NCBI GenBank assembly: GCA_965237525.1
Contig: CBDEFO010000008.1
Span: forward strand, 928,001-992,000
Direction of reading: 5' to 3'
Source of the DNA: Candidatus Latescibacterota bacterium
GTDB lineage: Bacteria; Latescibacterota; CBDEFO01
Length of the DNA: 64,000 nucleotides
Of this stretch, positions 44,317 to 53,919 are shown piece by piece (position 1 is the stretch's first letter; every line of letters starts with the position of its first letter). Both the position numbers and the translations under genes were made by a program. A model generated the notes under the pieces. That model searched no databases. It was not told where the DNA came from and was given only the letters and a program-made list of their open reading frames with translations.

Positions 44317-45143
44317 TTGTCAGGGCGAACCCAAACTTTTGCACTTTTGAAAAAAACTATGGCTACATTGGAAGATAAACTGGCTGCCACCGAATACACC
44401 GAACTTAGATCCACCGGGAAGCTGTACGATACCGACTTCGGGACGTTTGTGGCTGATGACCGCTATCTGGGCATTCACGACGCCTGCCTGCTCACAGACG
44501 CTATGATGCCGAACAACGGTTCGTTGGAAGAGTTCGACGAGGCTCTCGAAGACCTCTATAGGTCCCATCCTCGTTCGTTCAGGAAAGTCACAATGCATCG
44601 CAAAGACGCCTCCGAATCCCTAGGAGCGCACCTGTCGGCGCGGGGTTTCAATGTCAGCGAGATGCTATGTATGATCTTACGAGAAAAGCCCCAACTATCT
44701 GCCTCAAGCAGCATCCAGATTAGACAGCTGTCAAACGATGGTGATTGGGACGACTATCGAGCTATCGCAACTGCGTGTGACACGTGGGGTCATCCACCTT
44801 TAACTGATCGCCGGATTGAATGCTACCTAAAACTGAATGCCTCAATATTCATCGCGTATCTGGACAACAGGCCTGTCGGCTCGACCGGATTCTTTGTGGT
44901 GGATGAGGTCGCTCGGCATTGCCAGGTCGAAACGATCCCCAAGCGAGAAGGAAAGGGGTCGCAACGAGTCTAATACTTACTGTGCAAAGTCATGTTGCAA
45001 GCCAGAATATAGAACATCTGTCGATCTTTGTCTCCCCTGAACTCGATGCCCATCGGCTCTATTTAAGGCTCGGCTATCGAGAGGTGTGTGAGATGTATGA
45101 GTACTTTAAAGACGACGTAAGGGCTCATTCGACAAGCGAATAA
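44317..45143 (+). pseudogene. GNAT acetyltransferase, frameshifted
   Basis: ...VETIP then, in next frame, QARRKGVATSL...AHRLYLRLGY; frame change near 44940. Confidence 0.75.
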
Positions 45144-47714
45144 ATGTTAGACAATAGCTCGAAAAAGATAGACCTTATCCCCATAGCTGTTCTATTGCTC
45201 CTCACGATAGCCTTCTTCCCCAGAGCCGCCTTCCTCAAAGGAGCCTTCTTCGTACAGGACATAATGTTCCAGAATTACCCCTTCAGGCACTATTTTTCCC
45301 AGGCACTCAAAGAGTGGAGTCTCCCCCTCTGGTGTCCTAACATAGGCTGTGGCTTTCCCCTCTTTGCCGAGGGGCAGTCGGGAGTTCTCTACCCAATTAA
45401 CTTGATCCTATCACTTCTCCTTCCGACCTGGGCCGCCATAAACTACAATATCATCATCCACATCTTCTTAACAGGTCTCTTCACTTACCTGTACCTGAAG
45501 ACGCTTGACCTGGATCCATTCAGTGCACTTACGGGAGCTATAACGTTCGCCTTCTGCGGGTTTCTCACCGTCCACCTTATGTCGTTAAACTTCATAGACG
45601 TATTGGCGTGGCTTCCCCTAAGCCTTATGCTAATAGAACTTGCCTTCAAGAAGAACAAACTCATATATATCGTACTTTCGGGACTTATCCTTGGAATACA
45701 ACTCCTTGCCGGCCATCCTCAGGCAGTCCTTTACTGCATCCTTGTCACCGGACTCTATCTCATCTTTAAAAGCTTTACGAGCTTTTACAGCCCAAACTCG
45801 AAAGTCCTTTTCCTATCTACTGTTTTATTGTGCTCTTTTATAACCCTTTCAATTGGAATAATAATATCGTCCGTCCAAATCCTTCCCACCTACGAACTAA
45901 TTCAGCACTCCGCAAGGAGTGGGGGAGGAGACTACGGATGGGTTACCTCTCAATCCCTCCCGCCGCGCAATCTCATAACCTTCATCCTCCCCAACTTCTT
46001 CGGTAACACCTCCAACTACACTTACTGGGCGCAGCATCTGGATGTAGATTCTCTCTTTTTCTTACAGCTTTGCGGATATATAGGCATAATCCCCCTGATG
46101 CTTTCAGCATCGGCTTTTGTCCTCCGCAACGACAAAAAGACGCTCTTTTTTGCTGCACTACTCCTGCTATCTTTGCTCCTTTTGCTCGGCAAATATACGG
46201 TCCTTTACAGAGTTTTATACTATGTCCCCGGGTTTTCTCTCTTCAGATCGCCCGCAAGGTTCCTTGTGATCTTTTCCTTTTCCATCTCTGTACTTTCAGC
46301 TCTCGGGCTGCAGAGCTTCATAGATTCGATCCGAATGGAACGGACAGATGAACGCAGGATTGTCAGAACGAGCCTAATTCTGATCGTCGGCATTTGGATT
46401 ATGGTTATAGCAGCCTGCCTTTTCTACGCCAATTCCGACTTCATATTCCTATCGTCAGAACAGATCGAACGCCTGTTCTCCTCTCACGCGTATAGTCTTA
46501 TAAAACTCCATTCCACTCTCGTTAAGGATCTGATAAGATTCGCCCTCGTCACGGCTTCCGGAATCGTCCTTTTGTGCTTTCCCAAAATCTTCAAGGCAAA
46601 AGGGGAGTTGCTATTAAAAGTTCTTATTCCAGTTATGATAGTATCGGATCTCTTCAGCTTCGGGTTTGGATTCAACGCTACCATCAACCCCAAGGTCTAT
46701 TTACATGGACCCAAGACAGCCGAATTTCTCGAGCAAGATAGGACATTTTATCGCATATTCAGCAACATATCCGAAAGCAACTCCCCTTTCCAGTGGCATC
46801 AGGGCTGGGCTAACGAGAAAAGTTCATACACCGACTACTACGAAACCCTGAGGATGTACAGCGGAACGCTCTACGGCCTACATAACTTCTCCCCCGGCTG
46901 GAGCCCGCTCCACCTCGAGCGCCACTGGGACTTAGCAGGCAGACAAACCCTAAATAAACGCATTATAGACCTTTCCAACGTCAAATATGTCATCACGTAC
47001 GATGCAATGAGGAGGAAAGACCTGGAACTGGTTTTCGAGGGAAAGGTCAAGATATACGAAAATAAAAGAGCCCTTGAAAGGGCATTTATCGCCTACGACT
47101 TTGAGGTCATTCCCGAAAGAGGGGACAGACTAAAAAAGCTCAAAGATCCCTCGTTCAGACCCGATCGAACTGTCATCCTCGAAGAAGGTGTCCCCGATCA
47201 TCCGATCAACAGACAGAAGGCAGAAACGGAAAGCACCTTTGCCGAGATCATAGAATATACTCCCGAAAGGGTCGTCGTAGAAGCTAATCTCACTGAACCC
47301 GGCTTCCTGGTCCTTGCCGATGCCAACTATCCCGGCTGGAACGTCCGCGTGGACGGAAGTAAAGACAAGATATATACGGCCAATCACCTATTCAGAGCGG
47401 TCTATTTAAGTCCGGGGCGCCACAACGTAGAATTCTTCTACCGATCGGAAGCCTTTAGAGCGGGAGCTATTACCTCCACAGCCGCTCTCTTTATCGTTGT
47501 AGCGCTCATAATTTTGTCACTCAAAAGGGACGTAAAGCTAACAAAAGTTTCACATTCCTCACTGATGGATCAATCGCGAAAAATCGATATAAGACACAAA
47601 GCAGCGATATTAGTAGTCGTCGCCGTGATCGTAATAGTATCAGCGATATTAGAGTTCGACCTCTGGAGGGAGGCGCTCTCAAAGATCAGAATACTGGACG
47701 TCTGGGGGAAATAG
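45144..47714 (+). CDS. YfhO-like GT-C membrane protein
   Basis: PLWCPNIGCGFPLFA, LAGHPQ, FRSPARF, GFLVLADANYPGW, ANHLFRAV. Confidence 0.85.
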   Translation: MLDNSSKKIDLIPIAVLLLLTIAFFPRAAFLKGAFFVQDIMFQNYPFRHYFSQALKEWSLPLWCPNIGCGFPLFAEGQSGVLYPINLILSLLLPTWAAINYNIIIHIFLTGLFTYLYLKTLDLDPFSALTGAITFAFCGFLTVHLMSLNFIDVLAWLPLSLMLIELAFKKNKLIYIVLSGLILGIQLLAGHPQAVLYCILVTGLYLIFKSFTSFYSPNSKVLFLSTVLLCSFITLSIGIIISSVQILPTYELIQHSARSGGGDYGWVTSQSLPPRNLITFILPNFFGNTSNYTYWAQHLDVDSLFFLQLCGYIGIIPLMLSASAFVLRNDKKTLFFAALLLLSLLLLLGKYTVLYRVLYYVPGFSLFRSPARFLVIFSFSISVLSALGLQSFIDSIRMERTDERRIVRTSLILIVGIWIMVIAACLFYANSDFIFLSSEQIERLFSSHAYSLIKLHSTLVKDLIRFALVTASGIVLLCFPKIFKAKGELLLKVLIPVMIVSDLFSFGFGFNATINPKVYLHGPKTAEFLEQDRTFYRIFSNISESNSPFQWHQGWANEKSSYTDYYETLRMYSGTLYGLHNFSPGWSPLHLERHWDLAGRQTLNKRIIDLSNVKYVITYDAMRRKDLELVFEGKVKIYENKRALERAFIAYDFEVIPERGDRLKKLKDPSFRPDRTVILEEGVPDHPINRQKAETESTFAEIIEYTPERVVVEANLTEPGFLVLADANYPGWNVRVDGSKDKIYTANHLFRAVYLSPGRHNVEFFYRSEAFRAGAITSTAALFIVVALIILSLKRDVKLTKVSHSSLMDQSRKIDIRHKAAILVVVAVIVIVSAILEFDLWREALSKIRILDVWGK

Positions 47715-47726
47715 AAGAGACCAAAA

Positions 47727-47830
47727 GATGTAGGGGCGAGGGCACTTCGTGATCTACTCTCTCCACCTCATGCTCCGTAACAGAGCGCTCACGGCGCCTC
47801 GCCACAAGGGTAGGGTTACCCCGCCCCTAC
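47727..47830. repeat. GTAG-type REP doublet with internal insert
   Basis: GTAGGGGCGAGG[...]CGCCTCGCC and GGGTAGGGTTACCCCGCCCCTAC. Confidence 0.7.
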
Positions 47831-47843
47831 ACTTCGGCAGAAA

Positions 47844-48970
47844 CTATTTGAGAAACATATATCCCAAGATGAACAGCACAGCAAAGACATGAACAATCCC
47901 ATGAACAATCCCATGAACAATCCAATGTCCTCCTTGCGCCTGTGGGAGACTATCTTCAGTAGAGAAAAAGATATAAACCCCGCCGAAATTCCCTCAGTGC
48001 AGGAGCGATAAGAGGGTACAGAAATAGCCCCTCTGGTACCTTGTAACCTTCTCCCGCCATCTTTACTAAAGGGTAGAAGAAAAGAGACGCTATCATAAAG
48101 GCTGCCGTCACGATATTTGCCAGTCCTGTCCTCCCTCCCTCAGCCACGCCCGACGCGCTCTCTATATAGCTTGTCACAGCATAGCTTGTCACAGTAGAAG
48201 TCCCCATAAGCGAACGTACAACCGTCCCCGTAGCGTCCGAAAAGAGAGCCTTTCTTGCACGAGGCAACTTTCCATTTACCATAAATCCTGCGCTCTCTCC
48301 TATTCCGACCAGCGTTCCGACAGTATCAAATAGATCTAAAAGGAAAAATACGAATACCACTGTCAAGAACTCAGGCTCTCTGAACAGTTTCAACACCTCT
48401 AACTTGAAGAGCGTCGGAGCAGGCGAAGGGGGAAGACGTAAGATGCCGTGATAGCTCACAAGACCGAAGAGAAGCCCTACTATCGTGCTCCCTAAGATCC
48501 CTAAAAGTATAGCCCCTTTTACTCTCACCGCCATAAGCGGAGCTATAATTATCAAGCCGAAGATCGAAAGTAGAATCGGCGGGCTCTTCACATATCCCAA
48601 AGTCACCAGCGTTCCCGGAGATCGACCACAAGCCCGCTCCATTTCAATCCCACTAAAGCGATTGGGAGCCCTATTCCCACGACTATTCCGCCTTTTAACG
48701 CATCAGGGATAGCCTCCATCACCTTCTCCCTGAATCCCCAAAACGACAGTATCAAGAAGATAAATCCCGCCAGAAACACAGCCCCCAATCCCACCTGCCA
48801 GGAATAGCCCAGCCCCCCGCTGTTGTAGCTCCGCACACTGTAAAAGCAAAGTAGAAGTTCTGTCCCATCCCGAGGGCCAGTGCGATCCGATAATTTGCGT
48901 GAAGCCCCATGAGGAGCGTAGCCAGTGCCCCTGATACACACGTAGCTATCATCACAGCCCCAAAGTCCAT
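47844..48970 (-). pseudogene. NCS2/AzgA-type purine permease, heavily degraded
   Basis: GMDFGAV..ATC, GMGQNFYFAFTV, DLFDTVGTL, TSYIESASGVAEGGRTGL spread over several frames; N-terminus missing. Confidence 0.88.
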
Positions 48971-49084
48971 ACCGGTTGGCTCTTCTGGCTAGACTGTCCA
49001 GATTTAGATATATAAAATGAATTTATGACAGAAGCTATTTTCTAAGATTCTGCAGCATACAGAATTTCTTAACCTATTTTACTC

Positions 49085-49113
49085 TTGCACTTGGAGGAAA
49101 ACTTTGCTATAAT
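49085..49113 (+). promoter_or_regulatory. sigma70-type promoter of purF
   Basis: TTGCAC-17 nt-TATAAT with extended -10 TG. Confidence 0.65.
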
Positions 49114-49171
49114 ATAATCTGAAATTGTTCTAGTTGGTTCCTTTCAGCGCGCGAGTCTCCAAGAGGCACAT

Positions 49172-50554
49172 ATGAAAGAAGGGTGCGGTATCTTCGCCAT
49201 ATATGGGCATAAACGGGCGGCTGAGCTAACGTATTTGGGTCTCTACGCCCTTCAGCATCGGGGTGATGAAGGATCAGGGATAGTCTCGGGAGACGGTGAA
49301 AGGATGTATGTGCACAAGGGCCTAGGATTAGTATCGGATGTGTTCAAAGATCACTCCATATTCGATAGATTGAAGGGGACCTTGGCAATAGGCCACAACC
49401 GGTACTCCACCACCGGATCTTCTGTGGCGATCAACACTCAACCGCTGCTGGTAAAGTGCAAAGATGTCCAATTAGCCATTGCCCACAACGGAAATCTTAC
49501 TAACACAGTAAGCGTCAGAAGAGAGCTTGAGGACGCAGGGGCCCTGTTCCAGACCACGATGGACAGCGAAATCATCGTCCATCTTGTAGCCAAATCAAAA
49601 AAGCAAACCATAGTTGAAGGGATCATAGACGCCCTGTCTTGTGTCAGAGGCGCCTATTGTCTCCTTTTCGCGACAAGAGATAAGATCATAGCCGTCCGAG
49701 ACCCGTATGGTTTCCGACCGCTCTGCCTCGGGAGACTTGACGACGCCTGGGTCGTAGCCTCCGAATCGTGTGCCCTTGACATGGTAGGAGCCAAATACAT
49801 AAGAGACGTCGAACCTGGTGAACTCATTGTAATAGATCAGAACGGAGTCGATTCGGTACAGGCCCTAAACAGCGAAAGACTCGCCTTGTGTATCTTCGAG
49901 TACATCTACTTTTCCCGCCCCGACAGCAGAATCTTCGGCGATTATGTGGACAAGGCCAGAAGGAGGCTCGGCAGACAATTAGCGCAAGAACATCCCGCAG
50001 AAGCTGACATTGTCATCTCTGTTCCCGATTCCAGTAACACAGCCGCATTGGGGTACTCAGAACAGTCAGGCATCAGATTCGAAATCGGCCTTATCAGAAA
50101 CCACTACGTGGGAAGGACCTTCATCAACCCAAGTCAAAGCATAAGGGAATTCAATACCAGAATCAAATATAACCCCGTAGGCGGCGTCCTTAAAAATAAA
50201 AGGATTGTAGTAGTGGAGGACTCCATAGTCAGGGGCACCACAATGAAACACTTGGCCAAAATGATGCGAAGGGCTGGAGCTAAGGAGATCCACGTAAGAG
50301 TAAGTTGTCCGCCTATCAAATCTCCCTGCTTCTACGGTATAGACTTCCAGACCCACAAGGAACTGACAGCCTCCTCAATGTCCGTCGAAGGGATAAGAGA
50401 ACTTTTAGGAGTTGAGAGCCTGAAATATCTATCTGTAGAGGGTATGCTAAAGTCCGTACCCAATCCTCCCCAACACTACTGCACAGCTTGCTTCACAAGA
50501 GATTACCCGGTCCAGATAGACGATAACATAGGCAAGCTTGAGCTTGAAAGATAG
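49172..50554 (+). CDS. purF: amidophosphoribosyltransferase
   Basis: CGIF N-terminal nucleophile, LQHRG, GHNRYST, EDSIVRGTT, CFYGID, CTACF. Confidence 0.97.
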   Translation: MKEGCGIFAIYGHKRAAELTYLGLYALQHRGDEGSGIVSGDGERMYVHKGLGLVSDVFKDHSIFDRLKGTLAIGHNRYSTTGSSVAINTQPLLVKCKDVQLAIAHNGNLTNTVSVRRELEDAGALFQTTMDSEIIVHLVAKSKKQTIVEGIIDALSCVRGAYCLLFATRDKIIAVRDPYGFRPLCLGRLDDAWVVASESCALDMVGAKYIRDVEPGELIVIDQNGVDSVQALNSERLALCIFEYIYFSRPDSRIFGDYVDKARRRLGRQLAQEHPAEADIVISVPDSSNTAALGYSEQSGIRFEIGLIRNHYVGRTFINPSQSIREFNTRIKYNPVGGVLKNKRIVVVEDSIVRGTTMKHLAKMMRRAGAKEIHVRVSCPPIKSPCFYGIDFQTHKELTASSMSVEGIRELLGVESLKYLSVEGMLKSVPNPPQHYCTACFTRDYPVQIDDNIGKLELER

Positions 50555-50674
50555 AAGAGGACCCGATTCGTAGGGGAGACCACTTCGTGCCTTGCTGCCT
50601 CCACTCCCTGACAGTTTACGCAGCGCTAGGGAGCCCAGCACTTACTTTCAGGAAAATAATAGAGGAGAGCCGAA

Positions 50675-50851
50675 TTGCCTATAGAGTGGATCGAAGACAG
50701 ATGCGATCTTTGCGGCGCGTGCGTAGGCGTGTGCCACATAGACACGGCAATAGATTTAGAGCCAAATGCAATAGTGATAACCGAAACTTGCACAAGCTGT
50801 CTTAAATGCGTTAAGATATGCCCGGTGCAAGCATTGGAGGGGTTCAGTTGA
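50675..50851 (+). CDS. 2[4Fe-4S] ferredoxin (58 aa, not in ORF track)
   Basis: TTG start after GAGGAG; MPIEWIEDRCDLCGACVGVCH...CTSCLKCVKICPVQAL; stop overlaps next TTG start. Confidence 0.88.
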   Translation: MPIEWIEDRCDLCGACVGVCHIDTAIDLEPNAIVITETCTSCLKCVKICPVQALEGFS

Positions 50852-52065
50852 AAGAACAGGACCCCAGAAAAGTATCGAGGAACTTTTTTGGGAAAAGAGA
50901 GCAGTACGATGTCGTAGTCGTGGGAGGCGGACCAGGGGGATTAGTTGCTGCCAGATTCGTAGCCGCTGAGGGTGCCAGTGTCCTTGTTTTGGAGAAAGAC
51001 AGAGAAATAGGCGTTCCCGTCCGATGCGCTGAAGGCCTGGGCGGAGCGGGCTTACGAGAATTCATAGACCCGGATCCTAAATGGGCGCTCAATAGCATAA
51101 ATGGTCTGAGGCTCGTAGCGCCCAACGGCACAGAGGTAGATGTCCACGTGGAGGATGAAGGATTTATACTGGACAGAAAAGGCTTCGAGCGGGATTTGGC
51201 GATAATGGCAGCCGATTCTGGAGCCGAGATCCTCGTTAGTGCCCCTGTGACAGACCTTATAATGGACAACGGTAAAGTAGAAGGTGTGAAGGTAAAGTTC
51301 AGAGGCGAAGAACACGAAATAAAAGCTAAAGTAGTCATTGGCGCCGACGGAGTCGAAAGCAGAATAGGTAGATTAGCGGGCTTTACGACAAACACCAGAA
51401 TGCGCGATATGGAGGTCTGCGCCCAGTACACTCTTTATAGCCCCAGGATTGAAAGGGATGCCTGTCAAATGTATCTGGGAATGAACGTGGCCCCGGGCGG
51501 TTATCTTTGGGTCTTTCCAAAAGCAGATGGCGTCGCCAATGTCGGTCTCGGAATATCGGGGAACTACACAGATACGGAGCACCCCTTTGATTATTTAGAC
51601 CGCTTTATCGCCCAAAAGTATCCCGAAGCCCAGATGCTGAGCTCGCTGGTCGGCGGTGTGCCCTGCACAGACAACATGAAGAAAATAGTAATGGGAGGTC
51701 TGATGCTCGTAGGAGACGCCGCTCATCAGGTAAACCCTATGACTGGAGGCGGCATCGTCACTGCGATGAAAGCCGGCAGGATAGCGGGAAGAGTCGCAGC
51801 CCAGGCAGTCGCTGAGGGAGATGTCAGTGAAGAACGCTTACGAGAATACCAGGAGGAATGGGAAAACACAGAAGGCAAGATAAACAGGCGTTTTTACAAG
51901 ATCAAACAGGCGGTGGTGCAGCTTGGAGACGATGTCTTAAATAGAACAGCCGATATCTTAAACAGAATTGACTACAAAAAGAGAACTGTCGGCAGAGTCT
52001 TCAGAACCGCGCTCATAAGAGAGCCGAAGCTTCTGTTTCACTTAGCCAGAATCTTTATGTCGTGA
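50848..52065 (+). CDS. geranylgeranyl reductase family flavoprotein (DGGGPL reductase-like)
   Basis: GGGPGG FAD motif, PVRCAEG, PGGYLWVFPK, GDAAHQVNPMTGGGI. Confidence 0.88.
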   Translation: MKEQDPRKVSRNFFGKREQYDVVVVGGGPGGLVAARFVAAEGASVLVLEKDREIGVPVRCAEGLGGAGLREFIDPDPKWALNSINGLRLVAPNGTEVDVHVEDEGFILDRKGFERDLAIMAADSGAEILVSAPVTDLIMDNGKVEGVKVKFRGEEHEIKAKVVIGADGVESRIGRLAGFTTNTRMRDMEVCAQYTLYSPRIERDACQMYLGMNVAPGGYLWVFPKADGVANVGLGISGNYTDTEHPFDYLDRFIAQKYPEAQMLSSLVGGVPCTDNMKKIVMGGLMLVGDAAHQVNPMTGGGIVTAMKAGRIAGRVAAQAVAEGDVSEERLREYQEEWENTEGKINRRFYKIKQAVVQLGDDVLNRTADILNRIDYKKRTVGRVFRTALIREPKLLFHLARIFMS

Positions 52066-52179
52066 TGCAGTTAGCCAAGGGGTTGCTTCAATATCGAGAG
52101 CCTACAGGAACGCACAACTGCCCCCAATACTTACTGCATAGAGCAGCTTCATTGATTGAAGCATTCTCTCGGTCGTCAT
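52063..52179 (-). pseudogene. degenerate N-terminal copy of the 52176..52799 gene
   Basis: MTTERMLQSMKLLYAVSIGGSCAFL*ALDIEATPWLTAS aligns without gaps to MTTKRILDSMKLLSAVTIMSIYVLALVPTVEGTQWETTS. Confidence 0.75.
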
Positions 52180-52799
52180 CGTTGACCTCCAGTAAAAGAC
52201 GACTTGACTTTGCCCCATGACTTTCCCTCCACAACAGTAGCGTTAAGAGGTGGTGTCTCCCATTCTACTTTTTCACCACGGGCACTTGCCCTTACTTTGT
52301 CTCTAAACTCCTGAAGTGACAGATCCCTGTCCTTCCCGTGTATCACCTTTGTTTTCAAAATGCGGTCATTAACTACCCGGAACGTGCCGTGCGTCCAACC
52401 GACAACCTCATAGCTGTTTTCCGTGCTTTTCTTCAGGAAAAGAAAATATTCTGCCCCGACATCAAACCAGGGCACATCAGCAGTATAATGTGTTATGTTT
52501 CCAATCTGACCTCCTTGTGTCCTAATTATAATTTCCCGCAGGGCAACTTCTCCTAACACTACCTCAAGTACCGTGAAGGAGGTGTTGGTATACATCCAGC
52601 GTGTTTCTTCATCCCGTTTCGTTTCTTGATTCGTGGCTATTCCGCGTATTACCAAATCAGAATGCGAAATAAAAAAGTCTTCCGAAGTAGTTTCCCATTG
52701 GGTCCCTTCCACAGTCGGAACCAGCGCCAACACATAAATGCTCATGATAGTTACTGCAGAAAGGAGCTTCATCGAGTCAAGAATCCTCTTAGTAGTCAT
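52176..52799 (-). CDS. secreted hypothetical protein with C-terminal SWGKVK motif
   Basis: Signal peptide; SDLVIRG, YTNTSF, GGQIG, EYFLFL pattern; ends VVEGKSWGKVKSSF. Confidence 0.8.
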   Translation of the reverse strand: MTTKRILDSMKLLSAVTIMSIYVLALVPTVEGTQWETTSEDFFISHSDLVIRGIATNQETKRDEETRWMYTNTSFTVLEVVLGEVALREIIIRTQGGQIGNITHYTADVPWFDVGAEYFLFLKKSTENSYEVVGWTHGTFRVVNDRILKTKVIHGKDRDLSLQEFRDKVRASARGEKVEWETPPLNATVVEGKSWGKVKSSFTGGQR

Positions 52800-53919
52800 C
52801 GTTGACCTCCTCAGTAAAAACTGACTTAATCTTTCCCCACGAATTAGCCTCCACAGCGGTCGGATCAGGATACTCTGGCATCGGCACGAAGAACAGACCG
52901 TCAGGTCTCCCCACGTAAAGACGCGATCTATCCCGGTCTAAGGCCAGAGCAAAAACAAAACCGTTCCATTCTTCAAAGTTCAACGGTTGGCTGCCCAAAG
53001 GCTGCCAGACAACTCCCCCATCAGTCGTGTAAAATACCCCCTGTGTAGTACCCGCATAGATAACACCAGGTGCGTGTGGATCTGGCAGCAGGCAGATAGT
53101 GTTTCCCCATTGAGGAAGCCGATATTCTTCAGTATCGATCGGAGGACCATACTCGAGTCCTTCCCAGGTATCGCCTTCGTCCAGACTCCGATATACGACC
53201 ACCGCTCTTTCATCCCCGATCACTCCTTGGCCAGCGTAGAAGATTTTATCGTCCGAAGAGAAAGCAAAGGTAGAACTCCTACTCACTATTGAAAGATCTT
53301 CCCAGGTCTCACCACTATCAGTGCTCCAACGGAAGGGTACGCCGGCCTTCATGGCAAAGATGGTACTACCGTCACTCGTCGCTGCGAGCTTTGTCCCCAA
53401 ATTGGTTCCGTAATCGATACGAGGTCTATACAATGCACGCCACTGGTTCCCTCCATCATCTGTACGGTAAACAGAGCCGACTGCATCTTGTGCCAATAAC
53501 AAGTCCGAATTAAGGGAACTTACCCAGATTTCATTTATACCACCCAAAGATATCCCCTGGTTGATCCCTATCCAGTGTCTTCCTCCATCTTCGCTGCGAA
53601 AGATACCCTCTTGCGAAGCTACATAGATCCGTGATGGATCGGAAGGATCAATGACGAGGCTGCGGATATTGAGAGCTGTCAAACCTTCATTCATCGCTTC
53701 TACTTCTCCAGTATCTGGATTTATGCGAAGGACCCCGACATGTTGACTTCCTTCAATACCCACGTAGACTAGGTTCCCACCAGGCACGACTGCAACCGCT
53801 CTCACGTAATTACTGATAATTGGGGCGGACATCTGGCCGTCTACTTGTGCAGCGATACCCACGATAACAAAAGTTATCGTAGCCAGAACCGTGGAAGGCT
53901 TCACTGCTCGTCTTCTCAT
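52789..53919 (-). CDS. secreted BNR/Asp-box beta-propeller protein with C-terminal SWGKIK motif
   Basis: Five (S/T)xD(G/S/E)GxxW Asp-boxes; signal peptide; ends AVEANSWGKIKSVF. Confidence 0.88.
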   Translation of the reverse strand: MRRRAVKPSTVLATITFVIVGIAAQVDGQMSAPIISNYVRAVAVVPGGNLVYVGIEGSQHVGVLRINPDTGEVEAMNEGLTALNIRSLVIDPSDPSRIYVASQEGIFRSEDGGRHWIGINQGISLGGINEIWVSSLNSDLLLAQDAVGSVYRTDDGGNQWRALYRPRIDYGTNLGTKLAATSDGSTIFAMKAGVPFRWSTDSGETWEDLSIVSRSSTFAFSSDDKIFYAGQGVIGDERAVVVYRSLDEGDTWEGLEYGPPIDTEEYRLPQWGNTICLLPDPHAPGVIYAGTTQGVFYTTDGGVVWQPLGSQPLNFEEWNGFVFALALDRDRSRLYVGRPDGLFFVPMPEYPDPTAVEANSWGKIKSVFTEEVNDDY

